From: Bacteroidota bacterium
GTDB taxonomy: Bacteria > Bacteroidota > Bacteroidia > Cytophagales > Cyclobacteriaceae
Assembly: GCA_039026695.1 (NCBI GenBank)
Contig: JBCCLV010000005.1
Span: 990 to 64,989 of the forward strand
Length of the DNA stretch: 64,000 nucleotides
Direction: 5' to 3'
Of this stretch, positions 56,186-64,000 are shown piece by piece (position 1 is the first letter of the stretch; the number at the start of each line of letters is the position of its first letter). The position numbers and the translations under genes are program-made. Below the pieces are notes generated by a model. That model worked only from the letters and a program-made list of their open reading frames with translations, was not told the DNA's origin and searched no databases.

Positions 56186-56552
56186 GAAGATTATTGTAGC
56201 TGAAGATAGCAGCGTAATACAAAACCTAACCAAGAAAATCCTATCTCAACTCAATTTTGAGATTGTCTCAGTCAAAAACGGGCAGCAAGTGCTCAACCAC
56301 CTGGAAAAAGATGCGTTCCATCTTATACTTCTAGACATCCACATGCCTGTAATGGATGGCATGGAATGCGCCAAGGCCATCAGAAAATTGGAGGTTGAAA
56401 ATAGAAATATTCCTATCATCGCAATAACTGGTAACGCAAACAACTACACGGAAGCTGAGTTTTCAGCAGCGGGTATCAATGCCTTTCTTCCAAAACCACT
56501 TAACTATGATTCACTGGTAGAAAAGGTGAAAACTACGATTGATGAGCATTAA
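56178..56552 (+). CDS. Stand-alone response regulator (REC domain only)
   Basis: The ATG at 56178 overlaps the HK stop by 8 nt. Sequence: MNKKIIVAEDSS...HLILLDIHMPVMDG...ITGN. There is no output domain. Confidence 0.85.
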   Translation: MNKKIIVAEDSSVIQNLTKKILSQLNFEIVSVKNGQQVLNHLEKDAFHLILLDIHMPVMDGMECAKAIRKLEVENRNIPIIAITGNANNYTEAEFSAAGINAFLPKPLNYDSLVEKVKTTIDEH

Positions 56553-56817
56553 GTACACCAAGCACTTTCTAAATAAGCTCGAAGACATCATGTCTGAGAC
56601 CGATTACATTTTACGCTACGAAAAAGGAAATTTTAAATCGGGGTATTGCATCTTAAATGAGAGCAAAGTAGCGGTGGTAAATAAGTTTTTTGCGCTGGAG
56701 GGAAAGGTGAATAGCTTGGTAGAAATTCTCAGATCAATTTCCATAGACCCTTCAAAACTTAGCGATCAAAACCGGAAATTTTATTCGGAGCTGACCCAAA
56801 ATCAACTTCAACTTTGA
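56542..56817 (+). CDS. Hypothetical 91-aa protein
   Basis: The ORF is translationally coupled on both sides: it overlaps the REC stop by 11 nt, and its TGA overlaps the TTG start of the MBL gene. I recognise no domain. Confidence 0.45.
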   Translation: MSIKYTKHFLNKLEDIMSETDYILRYEKGNFKSGYCILNESKVAVVNKFFALEGKVNSLVEILRSISIDPSKLSDQNRKFYSELTQNQLQL

Positions 56818-57575
56818 AGGTAATTTTTCTAGGTACGGGTACATCGCAAGGTGTGCCTGTAATTGGCTGTACTTGTGAGGTGTGCAGGTCTGTTGATTTT
56901 CATGATAAGCGCCTCAGGTCTTCGATCTTGATACAGACCAAAGACCTAAATTTTATTATTGATACTGGACCGGATTTTAGGCAGCAAATGCTTAGAGAGC
57001 GAGTGAGTAAGCTAGATGCAGTACTTTTCACGCATGCACACAAGGATCACACAGCCGGACTAGATGATATCAGAAGCTTCAACTTCTTACAAGAGAAGGA
57101 CATGCCCATCTATGGTGAGCCCGCGGTACTAGACCAGCTCAAACAAGAGTTCTCTTACATTTTTGCCGAAAAAAAGTATCCCGGAGTTCCCAAAGTGGAT
57201 ATCAATTCCATCGCAAACGCACCTTTCGACTTGCTAGGGGAACAGATTGTACCTATCAGAGTACTTCACTATAAGCTACCCGTTTTAGGTTTTCGAATAA
57301 GGGACTTTACCTACATCACCGATGCAAAGCAGATTAGTGAAGAAGAAAAGGAAAAAGTGAAAGGCTCAAAAATTGTGGTTTTAAATGCACTTCAGATCAA
57401 AGAGCATATGAGTCACTTTACACTTGAAGAGGCCCTTGAACTGATGGAAGAATTGAAACCAGAGCAGGGATACCTAACACACATCAGCCATAAGCTGGGC
57501 CTTCATGCCGAGGTGAGTAAAAACCTACCCAAGAATATTCACCTTGCCTGGGACAGTTTACAATTGGAGACCTAG
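56814..57575 (+). CDS. MBL-fold metallo-hydrolase
   Basis: 253 aa. The TTG start gives the family-typical MKVIFLGTGTSQGVP. Motifs: HxHxDH (THAHKDHTAG) and the downstream HISH. Confidence 0.85.
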   Translation: MKVIFLGTGTSQGVPVIGCTCEVCRSVDFHDKRLRSSILIQTKDLNFIIDTGPDFRQQMLRERVSKLDAVLFTHAHKDHTAGLDDIRSFNFLQEKDMPIYGEPAVLDQLKQEFSYIFAEKKYPGVPKVDINSIANAPFDLLGEQIVPIRVLHYKLPVLGFRIRDFTYITDAKQISEEEKEKVKGSKIVVLNALQIKEHMSHFTLEEALELMEELKPEQGYLTHISHKLGLHAEVSKNLPKNIHLAWDSLQLET

Positions 57576-57577
57576 CG

Positions 57578-59122
57578 GTGTTTCATAACTATTTTTTCCT
57601 TAAAAGGCTTGCGCAAGCGCTCGACTCCAAGCTGGAAGGCCTATCGCTGGAAGCGTGCTTTTCTCAGAATAAGGATGAATTAATACTGATTTTCGGTGGG
57701 GAAAATAGGAGATGGATCATTCGCGCCAACTTGGACCCTTCGATCTCTTTATTGGAATTCCCTACAGACTTTTCCAGAACAAACAAAAACAGCATCGACC
57801 TTTTTCCATCGCTGCTTAAGCAAAGCATAGAAAGAGTGGAGACTTTTCGCTTCGAAAGATCTTTTTGCCTTCATTTTTCCAATGGTCAACAATTGATCTT
57901 CAAGCTGCATAGCAGGAAAAGCAACTTAATTCTTGCCCAAGAAAATCGTGTTTTTAGTATTTTTCGTAATCGCTTAGCTCAAGATCTGGCCCTTATACCT
58001 ACAGACTTGCATAACCAAATTGAAATTTCTGAAGAGGCGCTTCAACACCACAATTATGATCCCATATCACTACTTCCGGCACTGGGAAAAGAAGTAAAAA
58101 TCTTTCTAAGTCATAGGGGCTATTTTGAAGCAAAACCAAAAGAACAATGGATCTTATTTCAGGAAGTTCTATCTCTTTTAGATAAAAATCCGATCTCATT
58201 ATTGGCTAGCAGCAGCCCGCAAATTAGCCTACTACAGACCGGATCCCAACATACTGATGACCCGATTTACGCAACCAATTGGCTGTATCAAGAAACAGTA
58301 CGGAAAGTATTTTTTGAGCGAGAGAAAGAAACTTTCATTCAGAAGTTGAAAGGGAGCATCAAAAAATCAGAAAATTACATTGAAAAAAATCAGGCAAGGC
58401 TTGCGGAGATGAGGAACTCCAGAAATCCTGAGGAAATAGCAAATATCATCATGGCTAACCTGCACAAGATTCAGCAAGGACTTAGCAAAGTAGTACTCAC
58501 TGATTTCTACAGTAACGCACCTATCACGATTAAGCTGAATACAAAACTGAGCCCACAAAAGAATGCTGAAACCTACTATCGCAAATCAAAAAATCGCCAT
58601 AAAGAAATTGATATCCTAAAAAGCAATATCAGGGAAAAAGACCGGCTTATTGATCAATTAAGTGCCAGGATTCTAGAACTGGATGCCATTCAGGATAGGA
58701 AAGAACTAAAGAAATTTGCCAAAGCAAAAGGGCTTGAAAAAGAAAGAAAAAAGAAAGAAAAGCCCGAACCCTATCATTTATTTGAACTAGATGGCTGGCA
58801 GGTACTGGTAGGAAAGAATAGCAAAGCAAATGACGAACTCACATTAAAGGTGGCAAAGAAGAATGACCTCTGGCTTCACGTAAAAGACGTGCCTGGCTCC
58901 CATGTGGTAATTAGACAAAAGCCTGGACAAAACTATCCCAAACACATCATTGAATTTGGCGCAAGTTTAGCTGCAGCCTACTCTAAAAGAAAAGGAGACA
59001 GTATGGCTCCAGTAATTTTCACTCCGAAAAAGTTTGTGAGAAAAGTAAAAGGAACTCCGGCAGGGCAAGTGATTGTGGAAAAAGAAGAAGTGTTGATGAT
59101 AGAGCCGAAAAGGCTGAGTTGA
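57578..59122 (+). CDS. NFACT-family protein (FbpA/RqcH-like; NFACT-N, coiled coil, NFACT-R/DUF814)
   Basis: 514 aa with a GTG start 2 nt after the MBL stop. The N-terminal block reads LHSRKSNLIL. A central K/E-rich coiled coil is present. The DUF814 block reads GWQVLVGKNSKANDELT...DLWLHVKDVPGSHVVIR. Confidence 0.8.
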   Translation: MFHNYFFLKRLAQALDSKLEGLSLEACFSQNKDELILIFGGENRRWIIRANLDPSISLLEFPTDFSRTNKNSIDLFPSLLKQSIERVETFRFERSFCLHFSNGQQLIFKLHSRKSNLILAQENRVFSIFRNRLAQDLALIPTDLHNQIEISEEALQHHNYDPISLLPALGKEVKIFLSHRGYFEAKPKEQWILFQEVLSLLDKNPISLLASSSPQISLLQTGSQHTDDPIYATNWLYQETVRKVFFEREKETFIQKLKGSIKKSENYIEKNQARLAEMRNSRNPEEIANIIMANLHKIQQGLSKVVLTDFYSNAPITIKLNTKLSPQKNAETYYRKSKNRHKEIDILKSNIREKDRLIDQLSARILELDAIQDRKELKKFAKAKGLEKERKKKEKPEPYHLFELDGWQVLVGKNSKANDELTLKVAKKNDLWLHVKDVPGSHVVIRQKPGQNYPKHIIEFGASLAAAYSKRKGDSMAPVIFTPKKFVRKVKGTPAGQVIVEKEEVLMIEPKRLS

Positions 59123-59131
59123 GCTTTACGA

Positions 59132-60169
59132 TCAAAGATCCTTTACACACCTAAATCCCGTGTGATTAAAACCTGAATCCTTGCTAGAGCTCATCCTTCT
59201 CGCTACCCTATAGCCACTGCAGTAGCTATCGTTGCATAAGAAGGACCCTCCTCTTATCACATGCTTTTCCGTAAAAGGTTCTCTGGGGTCAGCATATTCA
59301 TTACTCCCCTGAGGATTGGTAATGACGCCCATTTTTTTATCTTTTTCATAAGAGCTAAAATCGTATTTGTCTTGACACCATTCCCAAACATTACCCGCCA
59401 TGTCGTACAGTCCAAATGTATTTGCAGGGTAAGAACCTACTGGTGCCGTAGTATAGTATCCGTCCTTCTCTAAATTCTGAACAGGAAAAACTCCTTGCCA
59501 AAAGTTCGCTTTTCGATACGCCTCGGCAATTGGCTCGTTACCCCAGGGATATTTAAATTCTTGATTTCCGCCAGAAGCAGCCCACTCCCACTCCGCTTCC
59601 GTTGGCAGTCTTTTTCCTGCCCAACTTGCATACGCTTGCGCATCTTCCCAGGCGATGTGCACCACTGGATGGTTCAAACGATTCTCAATCGAGCTGCCGG
59701 GTCCTTCAGGTTTTTTCCAGTTTGCACCGATTGTCCATCTCCACCATTGAGAAAAATCATTCAGGTTTACCTCCGATTCGGTAGCATGAAAAACCAACGA
59801 TCCAGCCTTAAGTAAAGAGTCCGGTGGCTTAGGTGTACCGGGAGGAAGCTGACTGCTCATTTCACTCCAGTCAATATCGCGCTCTGCCACAGTTACGTAA
59901 CCAGTCTCGTCTGCAAATCTCTTGAAATCAGCATTGCTTACTTCATGGGTGTCCATGTAGAAGGAGCTGATTTTAACCTCATGCCTGGGGAATTCATCTC
60001 TGTAAGCTTGCTCACTTCTACCGCCCATGACAAACGCTCCTGCAGGAATTTTTACCATCCCAGAAAAATCAACACTTTCTACCTGCGACTGCTGCTGTTG
60101 GCTACAGGAAAGTGCTATTGCTATGAAAAATACAAAAATGCTGTTTCTGACAATTACTAAAAGACTCAT
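59132..60169 (-). CDS. Formylglycine-generating enzyme family (SUMF1/EgtB/PvdO) lipoprotein
   Basis: 345 aa with a lipobox-like ALSCS. Motifs: HPVVHIAWEDAQAYASWAGKRLPTEAEWEWAA, GNVWEWCQD and RGGSFLC. Confidence 0.85.
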   Translation of the reverse strand: MSLLVIVRNSIFVFFIAIALSCSQQQQSQVESVDFSGMVKIPAGAFVMGGRSEQAYRDEFPRHEVKISSFYMDTHEVSNADFKRFADETGYVTVAERDIDWSEMSSQLPPGTPKPPDSLLKAGSLVFHATESEVNLNDFSQWWRWTIGANWKKPEGPGSSIENRLNHPVVHIAWEDAQAYASWAGKRLPTEAEWEWAASGGNQEFKYPWGNEPIAEAYRKANFWQGVFPVQNLEKDGYYTTAPVGSYPANTFGLYDMAGNVWEWCQDKYDFSSYEKDKKMGVITNPQGSNEYADPREPFTEKHVIRGGSFLCNDSYCSGYRVARRMSSSKDSGFNHTGFRCVKDL

Positions 60170-60302
60170 CCTACAGCAAGATATATTGAATTTTCCTTCA
60201 CCAGGCAGGTATTAGTCCTTTGATTATCGGTTTCTTGCCAAACCTAGTTGAGATCGCCTGCCTTCCTTTAATTTTATCGACAGTACAGAAAAAAGCTATC
60301 AA

Positions 60303-60869
60303 ATGAAGTTTCAGAAAGTTTTAAGTCTTTTCATCCTATTACTAGTCGGAAGAACGGCAAATGCGCAAGTTGGGACACAATTCCCTGCAATGGAAGCAGA
60401 GTCGCTTACCAATAAAATGGTAAATCTTCCAGCCGATATCTCAGGGAAGCACTCACTTGTGGGGCTGGCGTATTCCAAGAAAGCAGAAGGTGATCTTAAA
60501 GGGTGGTTTGAACCGATCTACAATCAATTCATCTACAAAAATCCCAACCCAGGCCCTTTTGATTTCTCTTTTGATGTGAATACTTACTTCATACCCATGT
60601 TTACAGGAGCAAAACGACCCGCATACAAAAAAGTAATGAACAAAATGAAGAAGACCATCAGCGATCGATTGCAGCCAAACGTACTCTTTTACAAAGGCAC
60701 GATCAATCAATACAAAGACGCGCTAAACTTTGATGGCAATGATGTTCCGTACTTCTACGTGCTTGATCCTAATGGGAAGGTCGTCTATGCCACCTATGGG
60801 CGCTACTCAACTAAAAAAATGCAAGAAATCACAGATGCAGTGGAAGGCGCCATGGATATGAGGAAATAG
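60303..60869 (+). CDS. Secreted hypothetical protein (possibly thioredoxin-fold-like, no CxxC)
   Basis: 188 aa with signal peptide MKFQKVLSLFILLLVGRTANAQ. I see no diagnostic motif. Confidence 0.45.
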   Translation: MKFQKVLSLFILLLVGRTANAQVGTQFPAMEAESLTNKMVNLPADISGKHSLVGLAYSKKAEGDLKGWFEPIYNQFIYKNPNPGPFDFSFDVNTYFIPMFTGAKRPAYKKVMNKMKKTISDRLQPNVLFYKGTINQYKDALNFDGNDVPYFYVLDPNGKVVYATYGRYSTKKMQEITDAVEGAMDMRK

Positions 60870-60968
60870 CGTTTTATTGATCAAATTGAGCATCCAAAAA
60901 TTGAATACCCATTAAACACCTTCAAGGATAGTATTTAAACCAAACCTAGGAGAATCAGTTTTAACTTT

Positions 60969-61418
60969 ATGAAACAAGAAGAAAAACTGGTAATTGGGTA
61001 TGGTCTTTTGACTACAGCAGCCCTTATAGTTTATTTTTTGATGATGAGGCTTGCAGGTCTAGCAGAAGTGACTGAGTTACGATCGCTTAATGCTTTGATC
61101 ATGTTCGGAGGGGTATTTCTGGCAGTCAAAAAATTCAGAGATGCAGAATTCGAATTAGACTTCAACTACTTTACAGGAATAGCATCTGGATTTTTTACCG
61201 GTCTTGTAACAGCCGTTTCATTTTCTGTTTTCGTTGGGGTTTACATCCGGTTTGATCCTGTATTTCTTGCCGCTATTGTAGCCGACAATCCGCAAAAGGA
61301 ATTTCTCAATCCGCTAACTGCAGGAATGACTATTTTCATAGAAGCGATGGCATCTAGTTTTCTTTTTTCATATGCTTCAATGCAGTTTCTCAAAGAGGAC
61401 AAACTGGTTACTTCATAA
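60969..61418 (+). CDS. Small 4-TM membrane protein (DUF4199-like)
   Basis: 149 aa with four hydrophobic helices. Its size and topology match Bacteroidota DUF4199 proteins. The family assignment is tentative. Confidence 0.45.
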   Translation: MKQEEKLVIGYGLLTTAALIVYFLMMRLAGLAEVTELRSLNALIMFGGVFLAVKKFRDAEFELDFNYFTGIASGFFTGLVTAVSFSVFVGVYIRFDPVFLAAIVADNPQKEFLNPLTAGMTIFIEAMASSFLFSYASMQFLKEDKLVTS

Positions 61419-61493
61419 TAGAAGTGCCACTTGAGGTGTAATGGCAAACAATTAACCTAGAAGAATAGGTAGAAACAGCATAACAAGAATCTG

Positions 61494-62132
61494 TTAATCC
61501 ACCAACCCTTCCTGCACTGCAATCCTTACCATTCCAGCTACATTGTTTACTTCCAGTTTGGACATGATTGATTTACGGTGCGTCTCGACCGTCCTGACCG
61601 CTATCACTAGTTGATCAGCGATTTCTTTTGTAGCGTTTCCTTCAGCAATTAACTTGAGTATTTCCCTTTCCCGATCTGTTAGCACTTGGGTCTTGAGCAA
61701 ACCTGTAATCTCGATCTGCTGCGAGGGTGCAGCAAGTAATTCCATCGCCTTTTGCGAATAGTAATTTCTTCCTACTGCCACCGCTTCTACACACTGGATG
61801 AACTCATACTCATCAGCATTCTTCGGCAAATAGCCTTGAATTCCTACCTTCATCGCCTGCTGAATTACCTGCTGATTGAAATGCATGGTGAGCAAAATAA
61901 AGTTGGCTTTGCTACCATCTTTTTTAAGGCTTTCAATCATCTCCAATCCATTCATCGTAGGCATTTCTAGATCAGTTAAGACGACATCTGGTTCTAGTAT
62001 CTTGATGCGCTTCATTGCGTCTTGAGCGTCATCAAACACGCCTATTACTTCGAATTGCTGAAGATTACTAAACAGTTGCGCTATTCCGGATGCCACTAAA
62101 TTGTGGTCGTCGACAATGATAAGTTTGGTCAT
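61494..62132 (-). CDS. Response regulator transcription factor, NarL/LuxR family
   Basis: 212 aa. The REC domain reads LIIVDDHNLV...DVVLTDLEMPTMNG. The GerE HTH reads LTDREREILKLIAEGNATKEIADQLVIAVRTVETHRKSIMSKL. Confidence 0.9.
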   Translation of the reverse strand: MTKLIIVDDHNLVASGIAQLFSNLQQFEVIGVFDDAQDAMKRIKILEPDVVLTDLEMPTMNGLEMIESLKKDGSKANFILLTMHFNQQVIQQAMKVGIQGYLPKNADEYEFIQCVEAVAVGRNYYSQKAMELLAAPSQQIEITGLLKTQVLTDREREILKLIAEGNATKEIADQLVIAVRTVETHRKSIMSKLEVNNVAGMVRIAVQEGLVD

Positions 62133-62249
62133 TAAAGGCAGTCAGATGTGCCCACAAACTTATCCTATTCAAGGCAATTATTTACAGTCTGATATCTACA
62201 GTAGATGCTCTAAATACCTTCATTTGTTTTAGAGCTAAAAAGTAAAAGG

Positions 62250-64000
62250 TTAAACAAGCGGAATGCTAACAACAGCAGAGGTACCGCTGCCTGCTGCTTG
62301 CTCATAATTCACTTTTCCTTGTACAATTTCCAGCCGGCTCTGAATGTTGAGCAAACCCATACCACTCCGTTTTACATTTTGACCTAATCCAACTCCATTG
62401 TCCTCAACAAATAACGTTAATTTGTTTTTCACTTCAATTAATTGCACAGACACTTCAGTGGCACCTGCATGCTTGATTATATTGTTGATTAGCTCCTGGG
62501 TGATTCTGTAAAGACTGATCTCAATTTTCTCATCAAAGCGTTCATTTTTGAGTCGGTGCTCAAACTGGTGCTTGATCTCGGAGAACTGAAATGAACTTTG
62601 AAGTAAATCCTCTATGGCGTGAACCAGTCCATTTTCCATCAATGCAAGTGGCATCATTTGATGGGAAATACTTCGAACCTCGTCTGCCGATTTACTAAAG
62701 CTCTCAGTCATCTTTTCGATTTCCGCTTTGCTATCTCCAGATACTTTTTTGGAGAAATTACCTAGCGCAAGCTTGATCGCAGATAGCTGCTGCCCAATGC
62801 CATCATGCAGGTCTTTACTGATCCGCTTCCGCTCTTCCTCCGTGGCATTGATCACGTTCTGGTAGCCGCTTTCACGCTCTTCCTGCAGTTTTTGTTTCTG
62901 CTCTACTTGTTTTCTATTGTAAATGAGAAGACCCAATAGTAGCACAAAACCCGCACCTGCTACTACCATGATTAAGGTGTTTTGCTGCGAAGAAATGGTG
63001 GCTTCCTTGGTCTTTACTTCGAGCTCAGATTCTGCAAGTTGGCGTTCTTTTTCCGCAGTTTGGTATTTGGTTTTCAGATCTGCTAGGCTAGAGAGATAAC
63101 TTTCCTGTACAGTGAGATAAGATAGCTCCTCACTTTTTTGGGAGTAGTAGTTAGCCGAATCATAATTTCTGAGTGCCGAAAATGTTAAGCTCAGCAGTCT
63201 GGCCGTATTCGCTGCAAAGTCATTTCTGTCAATACTCAAATTGTATTGGTAAGCTTCTTTTAACTTTGATAAGGCCTGAGAAGGATTTCCTTGCAGCAAC
63301 ATAATTTCTGCCTCATTGTGCTCTATTTGCTGTATTGCCTTTCTATCGTTATTCCGTTCCGCTATTTTTCTTGCTTCTTTTAGGAATTTATTTGAACCCT
63401 GAATATCGTTAGCATAAAGAGCCAGCCTGCTACGGATAATGATAACCTGAGCTAGGTCTGTAGGCGAATTTGCCAGCCTAAGTAGCCTTTCAGCCTCCAA
63501 TGCATCCTGCTCTGATTCATCTAGTTTGTAGCGTTCAAGTTGAACCAACGATCGAGTGAGGTAATTTCTTCCCTTAAGGGCATCATTGGTGGCATATTGC
63601 AAGGATGAGTCAAGTAGTGCCAGTGCTTCATTGTAAGACCCAATAAAATAGTAGGCACTTCCCAAATTATTAAGGTCTGAAGCAAGCTTAAATGTATCCT
63701 TGACAGCAAAATCATACCTGATAGCGTAGTTATAGAATTTAATTGCACTATCGATTTGCCTCAGTTGAGTATATACGGCGGCTAGGTTACTTACTGCCTT
63801 GGCATAATTAGAGCTATCGCATACTGGTCTATAATTGGTTACTTTTTTCAACATCAGCAGCGCACTGTCTACTTTCCCTGTGTAGAAAAAGCAGACTGAA
63901 CGTAAATTCAACAAATCAATTCTTAAAAAGCAGGGTATGTCAGTGATCAATAGCGAATCAATATCCTCTTTTATCGTCTGATGAGAAACCTTTCCACTGT
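62250..64000 (-). CDS. TPR-repeat sensor histidine kinase (HisKA_3 + HATPase_c), 5' end beyond the right window edge
   Basis: TPR-like repeats, a coiled coil and a TM helix (LIMVVAGAGFVLLLGLLIY). HisKA_3 H-box ISKDLHDGIGQQLSAI; HATPase motifs NNIIKHA and DNGVG...GMGLLNI. The reading frame stays open from 63950 to 64000, so the listed TTG at 63950 is probably an internal Leu. Confidence 0.85.
   Translation of the reverse strand, partial: SGKVSHQTIKEDIDSLLITDIPCFLRIDLLNLRSVCFFYTGKVDSALLMLKKVTNYRPVCDSSNYAKAVSNLAAVYTQLRQIDSAIKFYNYAIRYDFAVKDTFKLASDLNNLGSAYYFIGSYNEALALLDSSLQYATNDALKGRNYLTRSLVQLERYKLDESEQDALEAERLLRLANSPTDLAQVIIIRSRLALYANDIQGSNKFLKEARKIAERNNDRKAIQQIEHNEAEIMLLQGNPSQALSKLKEAYQYNLSIDRNDFAANTARLLSLTFSALRNYDSANYYSQKSEELSYLTVQESYLSSLADLKTKYQTAEKERQLAESELEVKTKEATISSQQNTLIMVVAGAGFVLLLGLLIYNRKQVEQKQKLQEERESGYQNVINATEEERKRISKDLHDGIGQQLSAIKLALGNFSKKVSGDSKAEIEKMTESFSKSADEVRSISHQMMPLALMENGLVHAIEDLLQSSFQFSEIKHQFEHRLKNERFDEKIEISLYRITQELINNIIKHAGATEVSVQLIEVKNKLTLFVEDNGVGLGQNVKRSGMGLLNIQSRLEIVQGKVNYEQAAGSGTSAVVSIPLV

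Noticed and set aside
1-64000. A scan for a CRISPR array, IS element or transposase, integrase, prophage genes, rRNA, or known defence-system signatures (restriction-modification, Abi, retron, CBASS-like enzymes).
   Set aside because: None was found. There are no regularly spaced direct repeats, no transposase or integrase-like ORFs, and every ORF above 100 aa is accounted for by the features listed. I therefore cannot support a claim that this window holds a novel defence or mobile system.

Overview
This is a dense, mostly housekeeping chromosomal segment. The gene content suggests a Bacteroidota genome, probably Cytophagales- or Flavobacteriales-like: a GLPGLI protein, a PSCyt/PSD1 + DUF1501 pair, orphan FtsX/MacB-type permeases, DUF349, a DUF4199-like protein, and frequent TTG/GTG starts with tight gene coupling. 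That placement is inference; no search could be run. I can support about 50 CDSs, one tRNA-Thr(UGU) with its own terminator, a rearranged 5'-half pseudo-copy of that tRNA, several intrinsic terminators and a few candidate operator sites.

Functional blocks, left to right:
- PSCyt/PSD1-DUF1501 pair
- TPR/LuxR one-component regulator
- LacI-uxaB-uxaA (hexuronate)
- C-N hydrolase
- stand-alone three-domain LigD
- histidine phosphatase
- thioesterase-menF-menD-menB
- two large FtsX-type permeases flanking a Trx-like/SDR/Na-solute symporter block
- OM beta-barrel protein, then DegT aminotransferase + sugar-phosphate transferase
- penicillin-acylase-family Ntn hydrolase
- M28 peptidase
- GLPGLI + OM barrel operon divergent from an OmpR-type two-component system
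- hipBA next to tRNA-Thr
- DUF349, YqgE/AlgH-MiaE, PdxH
- GT2, MurQ + BadF-type kinase + GT4
- MiaA
- a translationally coupled array: hybrid HK, REC, 92-aa ORF, MBL hydrolase, NFACT protein
- FGE-family lipoprotein
- NarL-type two-component system, whose TPR kinase runs off the right edge

I saw no CRISPR array, rRNA, transposase, integrase or phage genes. The only clearly accessory element is the two-gene hipBA module.

I did not find convincing evidence for a wholly new system. The best follow-up candidates are:
1. the four phased operator repeats at hipBA
2. the GLPGLI/OM-barrel operon with a 10-bp phased GTTAA triplet facing its two-component system
3. the five-gene coupled HK-REC-ORF92-MBL-NFACT array
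4. the scrambled tRNA-Thr pseudo-copy

All family names come from motif recognition in the supplied translations, not from database searches.
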